The translations under genes and the position numbers were made by a program. A DNA stretch of 62,152 nt, filler included, from Chiloscyllium plagiosum (taxonomy: Eukaryota): assembly GCF_004010195.1 (NCBI RefSeq). It is 4 parts of one record of this genome, joined end to end, with 100 filler letters (N's around TTAATTAATTAA, not from the genome) between each part and the next. Parts side by side here need not be neighbours in the genome. Positions count along the whole stretch, not along the records: positions 18,490 to 46,465 come from NC_057710.1; positions 46,566 to 57,956 come from NC_057710.1; 2 more parts are not named here. One strand, 5' to 3'. The notes below the pieces were generated by a model that searched no databases, was not told the DNA's origin, and saw only the letters and a list, made by a program, of their open reading frames with translations. Shown piece after piece: positions 38,921 to 50,577 of the stretch. Within the stretch, counting starts at the first letter, position 1. Each line of letters begins with the position of its first letter.

Positions 38921-40088
38921 AAAACCCATTCAATTCTTGGAAAGATATTTCTAGACAAACCCATTGAATATATAATCAACATATTGCTTAGAAATGGGAT
39001 GTAAGTTAAGAACTGGTCAGCAAAATCTTCAGTTGTTTGACTCTGATATAAGAATTGCAATAGGATCAACAAAGCATCCAAATGACATGCCATTTAAAAC
39101 AATGACCAGTATTTTGTAATATATAAGCTATGTTCTGCAAGAGAACATGGGGTTAAATGTATGAGAAAGCTATTTGCCCAGGAAAACCCAATGTGCAACA
39201 CATTACTCTATAGCAGCATGTGAAGAAGAGTCAATCAGGAGACAATGTTAGGGATATTTCCAATATTCCATCCATGCTACATAGACATGTCAACAAAGTC
39301 CAAGTGGGATTTGCAACGATCGCAGCTTACAAACCCAGTCAGACTGTGATGTAATTCATTAGACATACTACATGGACATCATCGGAAAAACTTAAGCCCT
39401 TACCTCTATCCAAAATGATATATCCCATAACGTAGACAATGAAGATTAAATGCTAAAATTGACCTTGATAGAAGTGCAAATATCATCTCTTTACTCAAGA
39501 TGCAAATATGTACTCAGGTTCATGCAATCTGCAACATGACAGGCTATCTTCTTATAAACAGAATGATAAAGTCTTTGCACAATGGTGTCTTTTTTTACTG
39601 TGCCACTATATATCCACACACACAGCCACGGGTAATTTGGGGAAAATATAAGCACTCTTGCTGGGCCTCCTCTGGGTGCAGTTGTAGTGTGGGGGAATAT
39701 ACAAACCAAAAGCAAACAGGTGTGTCAGGAGTTCTGTTCATTAAAAAAAAGTCTGATATTACTTGCATTGGCATTATCCATCTTAAAAGCCAATACACCT
39801 CCTCAGTGTGAACACCTAATACCTTCTACGCTGTTGCTACAACAGGACTTTATTGTTGGTCAACCAACATGCATTTCTGCAAAGATTATTGTGGTCCATG
39901 AAGTTACAAATACATCAGATTCCAGACCGTAACATTTATCTCATATTTGTTGGTCACAACCATGCAGAGGATGACCAGCAGCGATTTCTCAAAAAGATCA
40001 TCATCAGTAATGGTCTGAAAGTATCTAACAGATCCTTGAGCTAACATAGTCTGTTGTGGTTCTGTTCGCCGAGCTGGAAATGTTTGTT

Positions 40089-40128
40089 GCAAACGTTTCG
40101 TCCCCTGTCTAGGTGACATCCTCAGTGC
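40089..40128 (-). ncRNA. Minimal hammerhead ribozyme motif (mirror copy)
   Basis: Exact reverse complement of 40501-40540. Confidence 0.7.
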
Positions 40129-40500
40129 TTGGGAGCCTCCTGTGAAGCGCTTCTGTGGTGTTTACTCCGGCATTTATAGTGGCCTGTCCCTGCCGCTTCC
40201 AGTTGTCAGTTTCAGCTGTCCGCTGTAGTGGCCGGTATATTGGATCCAGGTCGATGTGTTTGTTGATGGAGTTTGTGGATGAGTGCCATGCTTCTAGGAA
40301 TTCCATGGCTATTCTTTGTTTGGCTTGCCCTATAATGGTAGTGTTGTCCCAGTCAAATTCATGTTGCTTGTCGCATGACCTGGACCCAATATACCAGCCA
40401 CTACAGTGGACAGCTGAAACTGACAACCGGAAGCGGCAGGGACAGGCCACTATAAATGCTGGAGTAAACACCACAGAAGCGCTTCATAGGAGGCTCCCAA

Positions 40501-40540
40501 GCACTGAGGATGTCACCTAGACAGGGGACGAAACGTTTGC
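40501..40540 (+). ncRNA. Minimal hammerhead ribozyme motif
   Basis: GCA-CTGAGGA-T-[GTCACC TAGACA GGGGAC]-GAAA-CGTT-TGC, where GCA/TGC closes stem I. Confidence 0.75.
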
Positions 40541-40650
40541 AACAAAAATTTCCAGCTCGGCGAACAGAACCACAACAACGAGCACCCAAGCTACAAATCT
40601 TCACCCAAACTAACATAGTCTTTCTGATCATTCAGAGATTTCAAGTTCTT

Positions 40651-41460
40651 AGAGTCGTAGAGTTATAGACATTTGCTGGATGGAAGCAGACCCTTTGGTC
40701 CAACTCGTCCATGCTGACCAGATATCCTTACCTAATCTAGTCCCATTTGCCAGCATTTGGCCCATATCACTCTAAACTCTTCCTATTCATATATTCACTC
40801 AGGTGCCTTGTAAATGTTGTATTTGTATGCCCCCACCACTTTCTCTGGCAGCTCATACATGCACCACCCTCTGCGTTAAATCGTTGCCACTTTGGTCCCT
40901 TTAAAATCTTTCTGTTCTCACCTCAAACCTATGCCTTTTAGTTTTGGACTCCCTAACCCTGGGAAAAAGACCTTGACTATTCATCCTATGTCCCTCACGA
41001 TTTTATAAACCTCTATAAGGTCAGTCCTCAGCTTCTCCCTATAGCTCAAAGTATCCAACCCCAGCAGCACTTTTGTAAATTTTGTCTGAACACTTACAAG
41101 TTTCACACCATCCTTCCAATAGCAGGGAGACCCGAACTAAATGCAGTATTCCAAAAGTGGTATAACTAATATTCTGTACAGCTGCAGCATGACATCCCAA
41201 CTCCTATACTTAGTGCATTGACTAAGAAAGGCAAGCATACCAAATGCTTCACTGTCTTCATGCGACTCCACCTTCAAGAATTATGAATCTGCACCTCAAG
41301 GTCTCTTTGTTTGGCATACTCCCCACGACCTTACTGTTGAGTGTGTAGGTCCTGCCCTGATTTACCCTACCAAAATGTAGTACCTCACAGTTATCTGAAT
41401 CATCTGTCAATCCTCAGCCCATTTGCCCATCTGAGCAAGATGCTGTTGTGCTTTGAGGCA
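40651..41460 (-). mobile_element. CR1 3' fragment
   Basis: Reverse complement of the CR1 tail and RT C-terminus, as at 27411. Confidence 0.85.
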
Positions 41461-41639
41461 ATCTTTTGTGATTTATCAAGCACACCCCTTTGCATCTCAG
41501 AGATCTACAATTGCAATGTGATAGGAGACACAGCGTTTCACCAATAGTCAGCATTGATTGATTTTAGTTCAAGTAACCAGGAGTTTAAATGAGGATAATA
41601 CATTTGATGTGGACTATTCGTACTTTCCTATGTATCTTT

Positions 41640-42300
41640 GTGGTAAGCAGGTAATATAAGTAATTAGGAAAATACATAGAATGTTATAACTTATCACAAG
41701 GTGAACTGAGCATATAAGTAGGAAAATTATGCTTCAGATAAACAGGGCAGTGGTGAGGCCACATATGGAGTACAGTATGCAGTATTGGCCATCTTATTTA
41801 AGGTAAGAAGTCAATGTAAGGTTCAAAGAAGGTTTATGGGACTAATACCTTGCATGTGTTGGTTGCCGCATGAGGAGAAGTTGGACAGGATAGGCCTGAA
41901 ACCGCTTAAGAGAGTGAGAGGTGACTTTACTGAGTCGTAAAAGATCCTGAGAACTCTTGACAGATGTAGAGAGAACATTTCCTCCTATAGGAGGGTCTGG
42001 AATGAGGGAGTCTCTTTTTAAAGTCATGGCTTGCCCATTTGAAACAGACTTGGTGAAATTTATTCGCTCAGAGGATCATAAGACCTACAAGTTCCCTTCC
42101 TGAAAAGATGGTGAAAGCAGCATCTTTGAATATTTTTAAGGACGAGGTGGATAGATTCTTATTAAGTAAAGAAGCGAAAAGTTATCAGGCGTTTGTGACA
42201 ATGCAGATTAGAGGTTGCAATTAGATCAGCCGTGATCTTACTGAATGGCAGAGCAGGCTTGACGAGCTGAATGGTCTATTCCAGCTTCTAATTTGCATAT
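41640..42300 (+). mobile_element. Old CR1 3' fragment
   Basis: GTGAGGCCACATATGGAGTACAGTATGCAGTATTGG (VRPHMEYSMQYW) followed by a CR1-type tail. Confidence 0.65.
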
Positions 42301-42327
42301 TCATAAAGCAGGCTAGATTCTTTGCAA

Positions 42328-42525
42328 CTGGATCCTCAGTTTCCTGACCCACAGGCCACAATCAGTGAAGATTGGGGACAATATTTCATCCTCACTAACA
42401 ATGAACACTGGAGCCCCCAGGGGTGTGTACTCAGCCCCCTATTGTACTCACTCTATACTCATGACTGAGTCACCAAATACCAGACTAATGCCATTTACAA
42501 GTTCGCTGATGACACCACCATAGGC
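42328..42525 (+). mobile_element. Rex1/Babar-type RT core fragment
   Basis: [45 protein letters not shown]. Confidence 0.85.
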
Positions 42526-42804
42526 CACACCAACATAGTAAAAAACTACAAATTGGCATGTGAGTCCATATATCAGCTCAGTATCAATAAGGAGATTAAC
42601 TGAGCATGTTGTGTGAAACATTTCAATTTAATCAGCTCAAAACAACTGTGAGAACCTCTCCCTCCACAAAAGATTACTTTGGAACCATGGGGCAAAATGT
42701 GACTGATATTTCTATGTACAAGGACACTGAAACAACTCCACAGAGGCCAGTATCCCATCATATTGATGACACATTGACTGCTATATTTAGTAGGTTTTGT
42801 GTTA

Positions 42805-45645
42805 GAACATAGACCACAGTACAGTACAGGAACAGGCCCTTCAACCCATCATGTCTGCTGATCATGATGCCATTCTAAAGTATTCCTATCTGTCTGCACA
42901 TGGTTCATATCCCGGTAGCCTCTGCCTGTTCGTGTGTCTGTCTAAATGCCTTTAAATGTTGTGATCCTATCTGCTTATACCACCTCCTGCAGCAGCATGT
43001 TCCAGGCACCTATCATTCTCCGTGTAAAAAAATTGTCTTGCACATCTCCTTTAAACTTTCCCCCATCACTTTAAACCTATGTTTGATGTTTCCATCCTCA
43101 GAAAAAACTCTGACTATCTACCCTATCTATGACTTTTGTAATTTCATATACTGCTACCAAGTTGCCCCTCAAATCTTTTACAATTTTATGTACTTCTATC
43201 AAGTTGCCCCTCAACCTCCGGCACTCTAGTGATAATGATCCAAGTTGTCCAAACAAAAAAGCTGGACATTTCTGGAAAAGATCTGTGAAGAGAAATCAGA
43301 GTTAATGTTTTGGGTCCAGTGACCCTTCCTCAGAACTCCTCTCCTTATAGCTAATACGCTCAAATCCAGGCAACATCTTGATCAACCCCTCTCCAAGACC
43401 TCCACATCCTTCCTGTAGTGGGGTGACCAGAACTGTGCGCAGTACTCCAAATGTTGCGTAACTAAAGCTTTATACAGCTGCAATATGACTTGCCAACTTT
43501 ACACTCAGTGCCCCTGCTGAAGGCAAGCATGCCATGCACCTTCATTCCCACCTTATCCACCTATGTTGTCACTTTCAGGGAGCTAAGGGCTTGTATGCCA
43601 AGATTTGTATATCCACGCCCCTCAGGGTATTGCTATTTACTGGATACTTTCCTCTTGGATTTGACCTCCCAAAAGACATCATCTCACACTTGTCCAGAAA
43701 AACCCTATCTTCCATTTCTCCACCCAATTTTTTAACTGATCTATATCCTGCTGAATGCTTTGACAATCTTCCTGACTATCCACAACTCCACAATTTTTGT
43801 ATCATCTGCAAACTTACTAATCAGACCACCGACAATTTCATCTAAGTCATCTACATATATATACAAACAACAGAGGTCCCAGCACTGATTCTTGCAGAAT
43901 ACTACTGGTCACAGACTCCAGGCAGAAAAACACCTTCTGCAACTACCCTCTGTCTTCTATGAACAAGCCAATTTTCTATCCAACTTACCAATTCAACTTG
44001 GATCCCATGTGACTTAATCTTCTGGACCAGCCTACTATGAGGCACGCTATTGACTGCTTTAGTCAAGTTCATGTAGAAAATATCCACTGTCTTAACCTCA
44101 TCAATCATCTTCATCACTTCCTCAAAAACGTCCATCACACAAAGCCATGCTGACTATCCTGAATAAGTTTATTCTTTTCCACATGTAAGTAAACCTTGTC
44201 CTTTGGAATATTCTCCAGTAATTTCTCTATCACTGATGTAAGGTTCACCAGCCTATAATTTCCTGGATTCTCCTTTTAAAGAAAGGAATAACATTAGCTA
44301 TTCTCCAGTCTTCTGGGACGTTGCCCGTGGCTAATAAGGATACAAAGATCTCTGTCAACATCCCAGAAATCTCCTCCTTTGCCTCCCTCATTATCCTAGG
44401 AAAGATCCCAACAGTCCCTGGGGATTTATGTACCTTATTGTTTCTCAGACACCCAACACCTCCTCCTTCTTAATATCAGGGTCCCCTGGAATATCAACAT
44501 ACCCCTCCCTAATCTTACTTCATCCATGGCTTTCTCCTTGGTGAATAGTGATGCAAAGTACTCATTAAGGACTTAACCCACTTCTTCTCGTTCCATACAT
44601 AAATTCTCTCTGTTGTCCTGGAGTGGACCTACCCTTTCCTTAGCTACTCTCTTGCTCCTAATATATGTATAAAATGGCTTCGGATTCTCTTTAATCCAAT
44701 TGGCCAAGGACATCTCATGGCACCTTTTAGTCCTCCTAACTCCTTGTTCAAGTATTTTCCTTTATATTCATTAAGGACCTTATTTGGTTTCAGTTTCCTA
44801 AACCTTGCAATGCTTCCTCTTTCGTTTTGACTAAACTTTCAATGTCTCTTGTCACCCTGAACTCTGATCAACTGGCCTTTAAAATATTTCCACACACCAG
44901 ATATGGTTTTACCCTCAAACAGCTGATCCCAGTCTAATTTTTTTTCAGTTTCTTTCAAATACTGTTGTAACTAACCTTCCCCTAATTTAGGATTTTCACT
45001 CAAAGACTCATCTTATCGTTCTCAATTACTATTTTAAAACTTACAGAATTGGTTCATTCCCAATTACCAGGTCTAGTACAACCCCTTCCCGAGCCGGATA
45101 ATTCACATACTGTTTCAAATTCTGTTCTTTCTATGCCCCTGGCACAAAGGAGTCCCAGTGAATATTGAGGAAATGAAAATCCCCACTACAACAACTCTGC
45201 CTATACAACTGTTCCTCTATCTCCTGTTGGATAATGGGACGCCGATCGTATAACCCACCATAGTGATTGCACCTTTCACATTGAGTTCTACCCATATGGC
45301 CTCGCTGGATGATTCCTCCAAGATCTTCTCTCTCAGTACAGCTGTGACATTCTCTTTAATCAGTAATGCAAATCTCCCACCCCTTTTAGATGCCTCTTTA
45401 TGATGCCTGAAACATCTAAACCATGAAATGTTGAGTTGCCAGTCCTGCCCTTCTCTCAACCAAGTTTCTATAATGTCTACAACACCGTAGATCCATGTAC
45501 TAATCCGAGCTCTAAGCTTATCTGTTATATCCCTTGTAATAAAATAAATATATTTCAGATTGCCAGTCCTGCTACGTTTATTAACCTGGTGCTGCCTACT
45601 CTTGTTGTTAAACTTTCTTGACCTAATCTCTACCTTTCCACATGC
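42805..45645 (-). mobile_element. CR1 ORF2 (EN to RT to tail), degenerate
   Basis: ORFs 45217-45747 (IIETWL..EAIWVE) and 43902-44138. KFADDTK on the minus strand at ~43800. Confidence 0.88.
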
Positions 45646-45943
45646 TGTGATTCTTTTTCTTAGGGGATGGTAAATGGGATCCAAGTCAATGCATTTGTTG
45701 ATAGAGTTCTGGTTGGAATGCCATGCTTCTAGAAATAAAAAGAACACGAAATTACATCACCATAGGAAATGATGTCAGCACAGGAAATTACATCACCAAC
45801 CCTAGCAGACTCAAACATGTAAATAGAAAGTGGGCTACACCACCAATGCTTCATTTGGAGGCTCACCGAAGATGTTACCTAGTATGTGACGAAATGTCTG
45901 AAAATGAACCTTCCAGCTCAGCGAGCAAACCTACATCCAGAAC
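45646..45943. mobile_element. Penelope-like pLTR fragment with an inversion and a decayed hammerhead
   Basis: The minus strand encodes FLEAWHSNQNSINKCIDLDPIYHPL. The plus strand at 45866-45898 reads CCGAAGA-T-GTTACCTAGTATGTGAC-GAAA-TGTC. Confidence 0.75.
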
Positions 45944-46465
45944 AGTTACATAACATCGCAACATGTGATGGTCCAACATAGAAAAACGGTACAAATGTTG
46001 CCTTCAGTTACTCTCTCTGGATAATGGAATCAATGTAGTGTGTTTAGCTAGTTAGTAATGTATACATAATGCACCGTGATATCAGTGAGCACTGAACTCA
46101 GGCTATGAGTGGAAAACTGTGATATTATCACAATGTTATCACATTGTTATCAATAAATTTCAAGACAAGTGTCTCAAGAAGTATTGATGTTTATCGTATA
46201 TGTTACATGAGTCAACATATAGGGAAATAGTCAGGCCATATCATGCCAATAGTGGTTTTGACCCAACAAACCATGTCAGTCACTAAAATCTTGAAATAGG
46301 ATAAAAAACAAAATTGTTGAAGGAACTCAATAGGTTTGGCAGCACCTGTGACCAGAACTCTTCATTAGAACGAATAACGTTAAAGAGAACACAATACTTA
46401 TGCTGATGACAAAGTTGGGGAGAGGGGTGGGGGTAGGTGAGTGGGGGAGGGGGGTGGGTCGTGTG

Positions 46466-46565
46466 NNNNNNNNNNNNNNNNNNNNNNNNNNNNNNNNNNN
46501 NNNNNNNNNTTAATTAATTAANNNNNNNNNNNNNNNNNNNNNNNNNNNNNNNNNNNNNNNNNNNN
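46466..46565. other. Artificial assembly/concatenation spacer
   Basis: 44 N + TTAATTAATTAA + 44 N. Confidence 0.97.
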
Positions 46566-46960
46566 TGAGCAAGTTTGCAGATGACACTAAGATTGGTGGA
46601 GTAGCAGGTAGTGAAGGGGACTGTCAGAAAATATAGCCGAATATAGATAGATTGGAGAGTTGGGCAGAGAAATGGCAAATAGAGTTCAATCTGGACAAAT
46701 GCGAGGTGATGCATTTTGGAAGATGCAATTCCAGAGCGAACTATCCAGTAAATGGAAAAGTCCTGGGGGAAATTGATATCGAGAGATCTGGCTGTTCAGG
46801 TCCATTGTTCCCTGAAGGTGGCAACATAGGTCAGTAGAGTGGTCAAGAAGGCATACGGCACGCTTTCCTTCATCGGGTGGGGTATTGAGTACACGAGTTG
46901 GCAGGTCACAGGCTTGGAGGGCTGCAGGTCCTGTTCCTGTGCTGTAATGTCCTTTGTTCT
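46566..46960 (+). mobile_element. CR1 RT fragment
   Basis: SKFADDTKIGG..WAEKWQIEFN (ORF 46652-46837). Confidence 0.85.
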
Positions 46961-47169
46961 TGTTTCAAAGAATTCTATGCTGTATTTCTGGCTCCTTGAA
47001 CATTCCCAATTTAATCATGGGCTGTGTCTTCAGGTGCAGTGACCAAAGCTTTGGGTTTCTCTCTGTCGGCCTACCCTCATGTCTGTCCTTGACAGTGTAG
47101 AACTGACACTTATGACCATGTTTCTGTTTCTGCCCCAAAAGATTGAGATTCATTGCTAAATTTGGCTTA

Positions 47170-47405
47170 GAGCAAAGTTAAAAATCTCAACACCAGGTTA
47201 TCCAGGTTTGTTCAATATATCATTTCAGTTGCATGACTGTAATCTTTTGCTAAAAATTCTGTCTTATCGTCTTAATTCTCCACAACACACTTCACAGAGT
47301 GAAGGAGCAGCACTCTGAAAGTTAGTGCTTCCAACTAAACCTGTTGGACTATAACCTGGTGTTGTGTGATTTTCAGCTTTGTCCAGCCCAGTTCACATCA
47401 TGGCT
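47170..47405 (+). mobile_element. PLE-derived short element with a decayed hammerhead
   Basis: GTGAAGGAGCAGCACTCTGAAAGTTAGTGCTTCC..CCTGTTGGACTATAACCTGG, the same family as 3905 and 24778. Confidence 0.65.
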
Positions 47406-47531
47406 TAAAGCATTACTGTAAAGTGACTTTGGATGGTTTATCATGTTCGAAATACTATATAGATGAATGTTGTCATGAGTAATTTTAAGAGACAAATCAT
47501 ATAATGTTCTCATCTCTTTTGTATTTTATAG

Positions 47532-48002
47532 GCAAAATTTCAAAGATTTTTATTACTCATCTCCACGGTGACCATCTATTTGGGTTACCTGGTCTCTTGT
47601 GCACCGTGAGTCTCCAAAGTAGTTCTCTCTCAAACAAACAGCCCATAGAGATTTATGGACCTATTGGATTAAGGAAATTTTTGAGAACAAGCATGGAACT
47701 TTCTCACTCACAGTTGGTCTTCCCATATGTAGTCCATGAACTGGTTCCAACAGAAGATCAATGTTTCCCTGAGGAATGGAGGGAGCCCTGTGCACTGAAA
47801 ACGGATGATCAGCTTCATCCTCAAGAATTGCAAGGCAAAACAATTTATCTTAATCCTCAGGAAGACTGCTACAATCTTGTCACTCATGAGCAGTTCATCG
47901 TAAAGGCTTTCAGGCTTTTTCATCGTATACCATCTTTTGGGTTTGTAATTGAGGAACGAAAACGACCAGGAAGACTTCAGACACAAAAACTGAAAGAGAT
48001 GG
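47532..48002 (+). CDS. ELAC1: ELAC1 (short-form RNase Z / zinc phosphodiesterase), penultimate coding exon
   Basis: Polypyrimidine-TAG acceptor ends at 47531. (G)KISKIFITHLHGDHLFGLPGLLCT carries the HxHxDH motif, followed by IYGP and HRIPSFGF. GTAATT donor at 48003. Phase 1/1, 471 nt. Confidence 0.95.
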
Positions 48003-48199
48003 GTAATTTTCAAGATTTTGTCAAATGTTTCCTTTTTCCATTGTACTTTTAAAGCCCATAGAAAACTTAATGTCTCTTCACTCCCAATATGAAGTAATCT
48101 CGATAATCAAAAAAGTTATTCTTAAGATTTCCATTAGATTGTTTCAACTATATTGTAGTAGTAAATGTATGTATCAAAACTTAAAATAGTATCTATGTA

Positions 48200-50440
48200 A
48201 AGGGCAGAGATGAGGAAAGGGTTTCTTTAGTGTACTGAGGAGAATTTTCTTGATCAGTATGCTTCAAGTCTCATGAAGGAAGCATTGCTGTATCTGGCTC
48301 TGGAGGTGGTTCATCTGCCAGTAGGTGAACATTTCAGTGGAAAGTGCTCATGGTATTATGAGGTGTAGGCTGACTCCAGCAGTGGGCAAGGAGCAATCTA
48401 AAATGATACTTCTACAGAATAGGTCAAATTTCAGTGGTGACTGTTTGTCCTGACTCATGGAAAATTGGAATCAGAGCTTTGTAGGTAAAACTATAATGGG
48501 TTAATCGGGCTGCCTTTAAAGAGGTGAGGTTCAGGATCGGTTGGTGTACCTTCCCACAAGAAGGAAAGGTAAGGAACAAAGCCAGAGTCCCCAGATAACG
48601 AAAGAACTGGAAAGTAAGATGAAGTCTTTAAAGGGGATGTATGATAGATGTCAAGTTGATAATAAAAGTGAGAATGTTCAGCGAGGAAGTGAAATAAGAA
48701 ATCAGAAGTGCATAGAGAGAATAAGAATAGACTAGAATTTTTGTTAGTTCACTTGTGGTGATGTGGTGTTGCTGGTTAGGCTAGCATTTATTACCTCTCC
48801 TTACCTCCCCCTTGAGAATATGGGATGAGCCTCTGGAACCACAGCAGTCCACATGCTGTAGGTAGACCCACAATGCCCTTAGGTAGGGAAATCCAGGAAT
48901 ATGACAGCACCAGTGAAGGCACAGTAATATATTTCCAAGTAGCTTGGAGGGGTACTTGCAGGTGGTGGTTTCTGCTGCCCTTGTCCTTCTAGATGGAAGT
49001 TTGAAAGATACTAAGGATCTAGTGAATTTCTGCAGTGCATCTTGTAGATAGTATGTACAGATGCAACTGAACTTCATTGTTAGAGGAAGCTTGTGGAAGT
49101 GGTACCAGTCAGTGGGTTGCTTACCCTGGATGGTGTCAGGCTACTTGAATGTTGTTGGAACTGCACCAATCCAGGCAAGTGGGGCATATTCCATCACACT
49201 CCAGATTTGTGCCTTGTGGATGGTGGGCAGGCTTTGGGGATTCAGGAGGTAAGTTATTCGCTGCAGTTTTCCTAGCCTCTGATCTGCCCTTGGAGCTATT
49301 GTATTTATGTGGCAGGTCCCAGTTGAATTTCTGGTTGATGGTAAACCCCAGGATGTTTGATATTCGGATTTTGATGATGGTAACATCATTAGTTGCATTA
49401 GAAGTAAAAGCAAATCGAAAAGTCTTAAAGTCTTGGCTGCATAAAATAAAATTCAAAACGTGCAGGGAAAAAAGGACTGTAGATCTGTCAGGAGGTTAAT
49501 AAAGGACTGTGAGAGCATAGGCTTGCGGAATGGGTGACCATGTATCTATTTTAGTGCAGGGAGCTGCAAAGTGGTACGTTTTGGTAGAAAGAAAATATAC
49601 TTAAGGATGCATATCTAAAGGATGTTTTGGAACAGAGAAACCTGAGGATATAATATTTTTGCTCAGGACCATGCTTGTGTCTGAGAATTTGAGAATCACT
49701 ATGCTATGTAAAATTCTGGTGTATTTGTTGAATGTGGTACAGCAGGTTGAGAAAGTGATGAAAAGGCTGAACCCTGAGCTTTACAAAGAGTGACATGGAA
49801 CACAAAGCAAGAATTTTATATAGGTTTACTGAAACAATGTGGTGTGGCTTCAGATGGAGTGTTGTTTACAATTATGGACATAGCACTTTGTGAAGAGCAT
49901 TAAAGCTTTAGAAATGGTGCAGAAAGGATCTTTGAGCCTGCTTTGGGGGTAGTGAGTAACATCAGTTCCATGGATAGATTGGGAAACAGGAATTGCCCTG
50001 AGAAGAAAACATTGAACAGAAATTTGATAGAGCTCTTCACATTATATGGGATATAAAGTAGATGAACAAAAGATTGGTATTGATGGAAGCTTTGAGAACC
50101 AGAAGGCAACATGAGGAATTTATTTCTTTACTCAATTGAGGCATACTGAGGCTGCAAGGTATGGTACAGATTCAGAGCTGAAAAATGTGTTGCTGGAAAA
50201 GCGCAGCAGGTCAGGCAGCATCAAAGGATTCCTGAAGAAGGGTTTATGCCGGAAACATCGATTCTCCTGCTCCTTTGATGCTGCCTGACCTGTTGCGCTT
50301 TTCCAGCAACACATTTTTCAGCTCTGATCTCCAGCATCTGCAGTCCTCACTTTCTTCATGGTACAGATTCAGTTGTGCCCTTCAAAGGAAGTTGGATGAG
50401 GAAAAACTATCTGGGCTACAGGGGTAGGGTTACAGAATGA
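48200..50440 (+). mobile_element. Highly decayed CR1 in the last ELAC1 intron, with an opposite-strand LINE fragment at ~48740-49400
   Basis: Scattered CR1-like EN/RT remnants. ORF 49141-49413 (-) ends AQIWSVMEYAPLAW. Confidence 0.55.
50176..50357 (+). mobile_element. 182-bp fold-back PLE-derived element with hammerhead motif and 15-bp TSD (family of 20959)
   Basis: TSD ATGGTACAGATTCAG at 50161-50175 and 50358-50372. CTGAAGA-A-GGGTTTATGCCG-GAAA-CATC at ~50232-50259. ~31-nt extension. Confidence 0.88.
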
Positions 50441-50442
50441 GA

Positions 50443-50577
50443 TAATAAATGCTAGTCTAACCAGCAACACCACATCACCACAAGTGAACAAAAAAAAACA
50501 AAATTCTAGTCTATTCTTCTCTCTATGCACTTCTGATTTCTTATTTCACTTCCTCTCTGAACATTCTCACTTTTATT
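50443..50577 (-). repeat. Inverted duplicate of 48661-48793
   Basis: The reverse complement matches apart from a few substitutions and small indels. Confidence 0.92.

Larger units (their letters stand above)
40053..40609. mobile_element. Penelope-like inverted-pLTR element with 12-bp TSD and two intact hammerhead motifs
   Basis: TSD CTAACATAGTCT at 40041-40052 and 40610-40621. ~200-bp inverted arms and a ~33-nt one-sided extension. The centre encodes an endonuclease C-terminus, HEFDWDNTTIIGQAKQRIAMEFLEAWHS. Confidence 0.9.

Noticed and set aside
46413..46465. G-rich, quadruplex-like run
   Set aside because: It is a low-complexity tract next to a decayed repeat at a contig end. It likely explains the gap, and there is no evidence of function.
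47504..48052. ORF-track starts and ends for ELAC1 (47504, 48052, 51158)
   Set aside because: These run into intron or start internally. Splice sites define 47532-48002 and 51141-51631.
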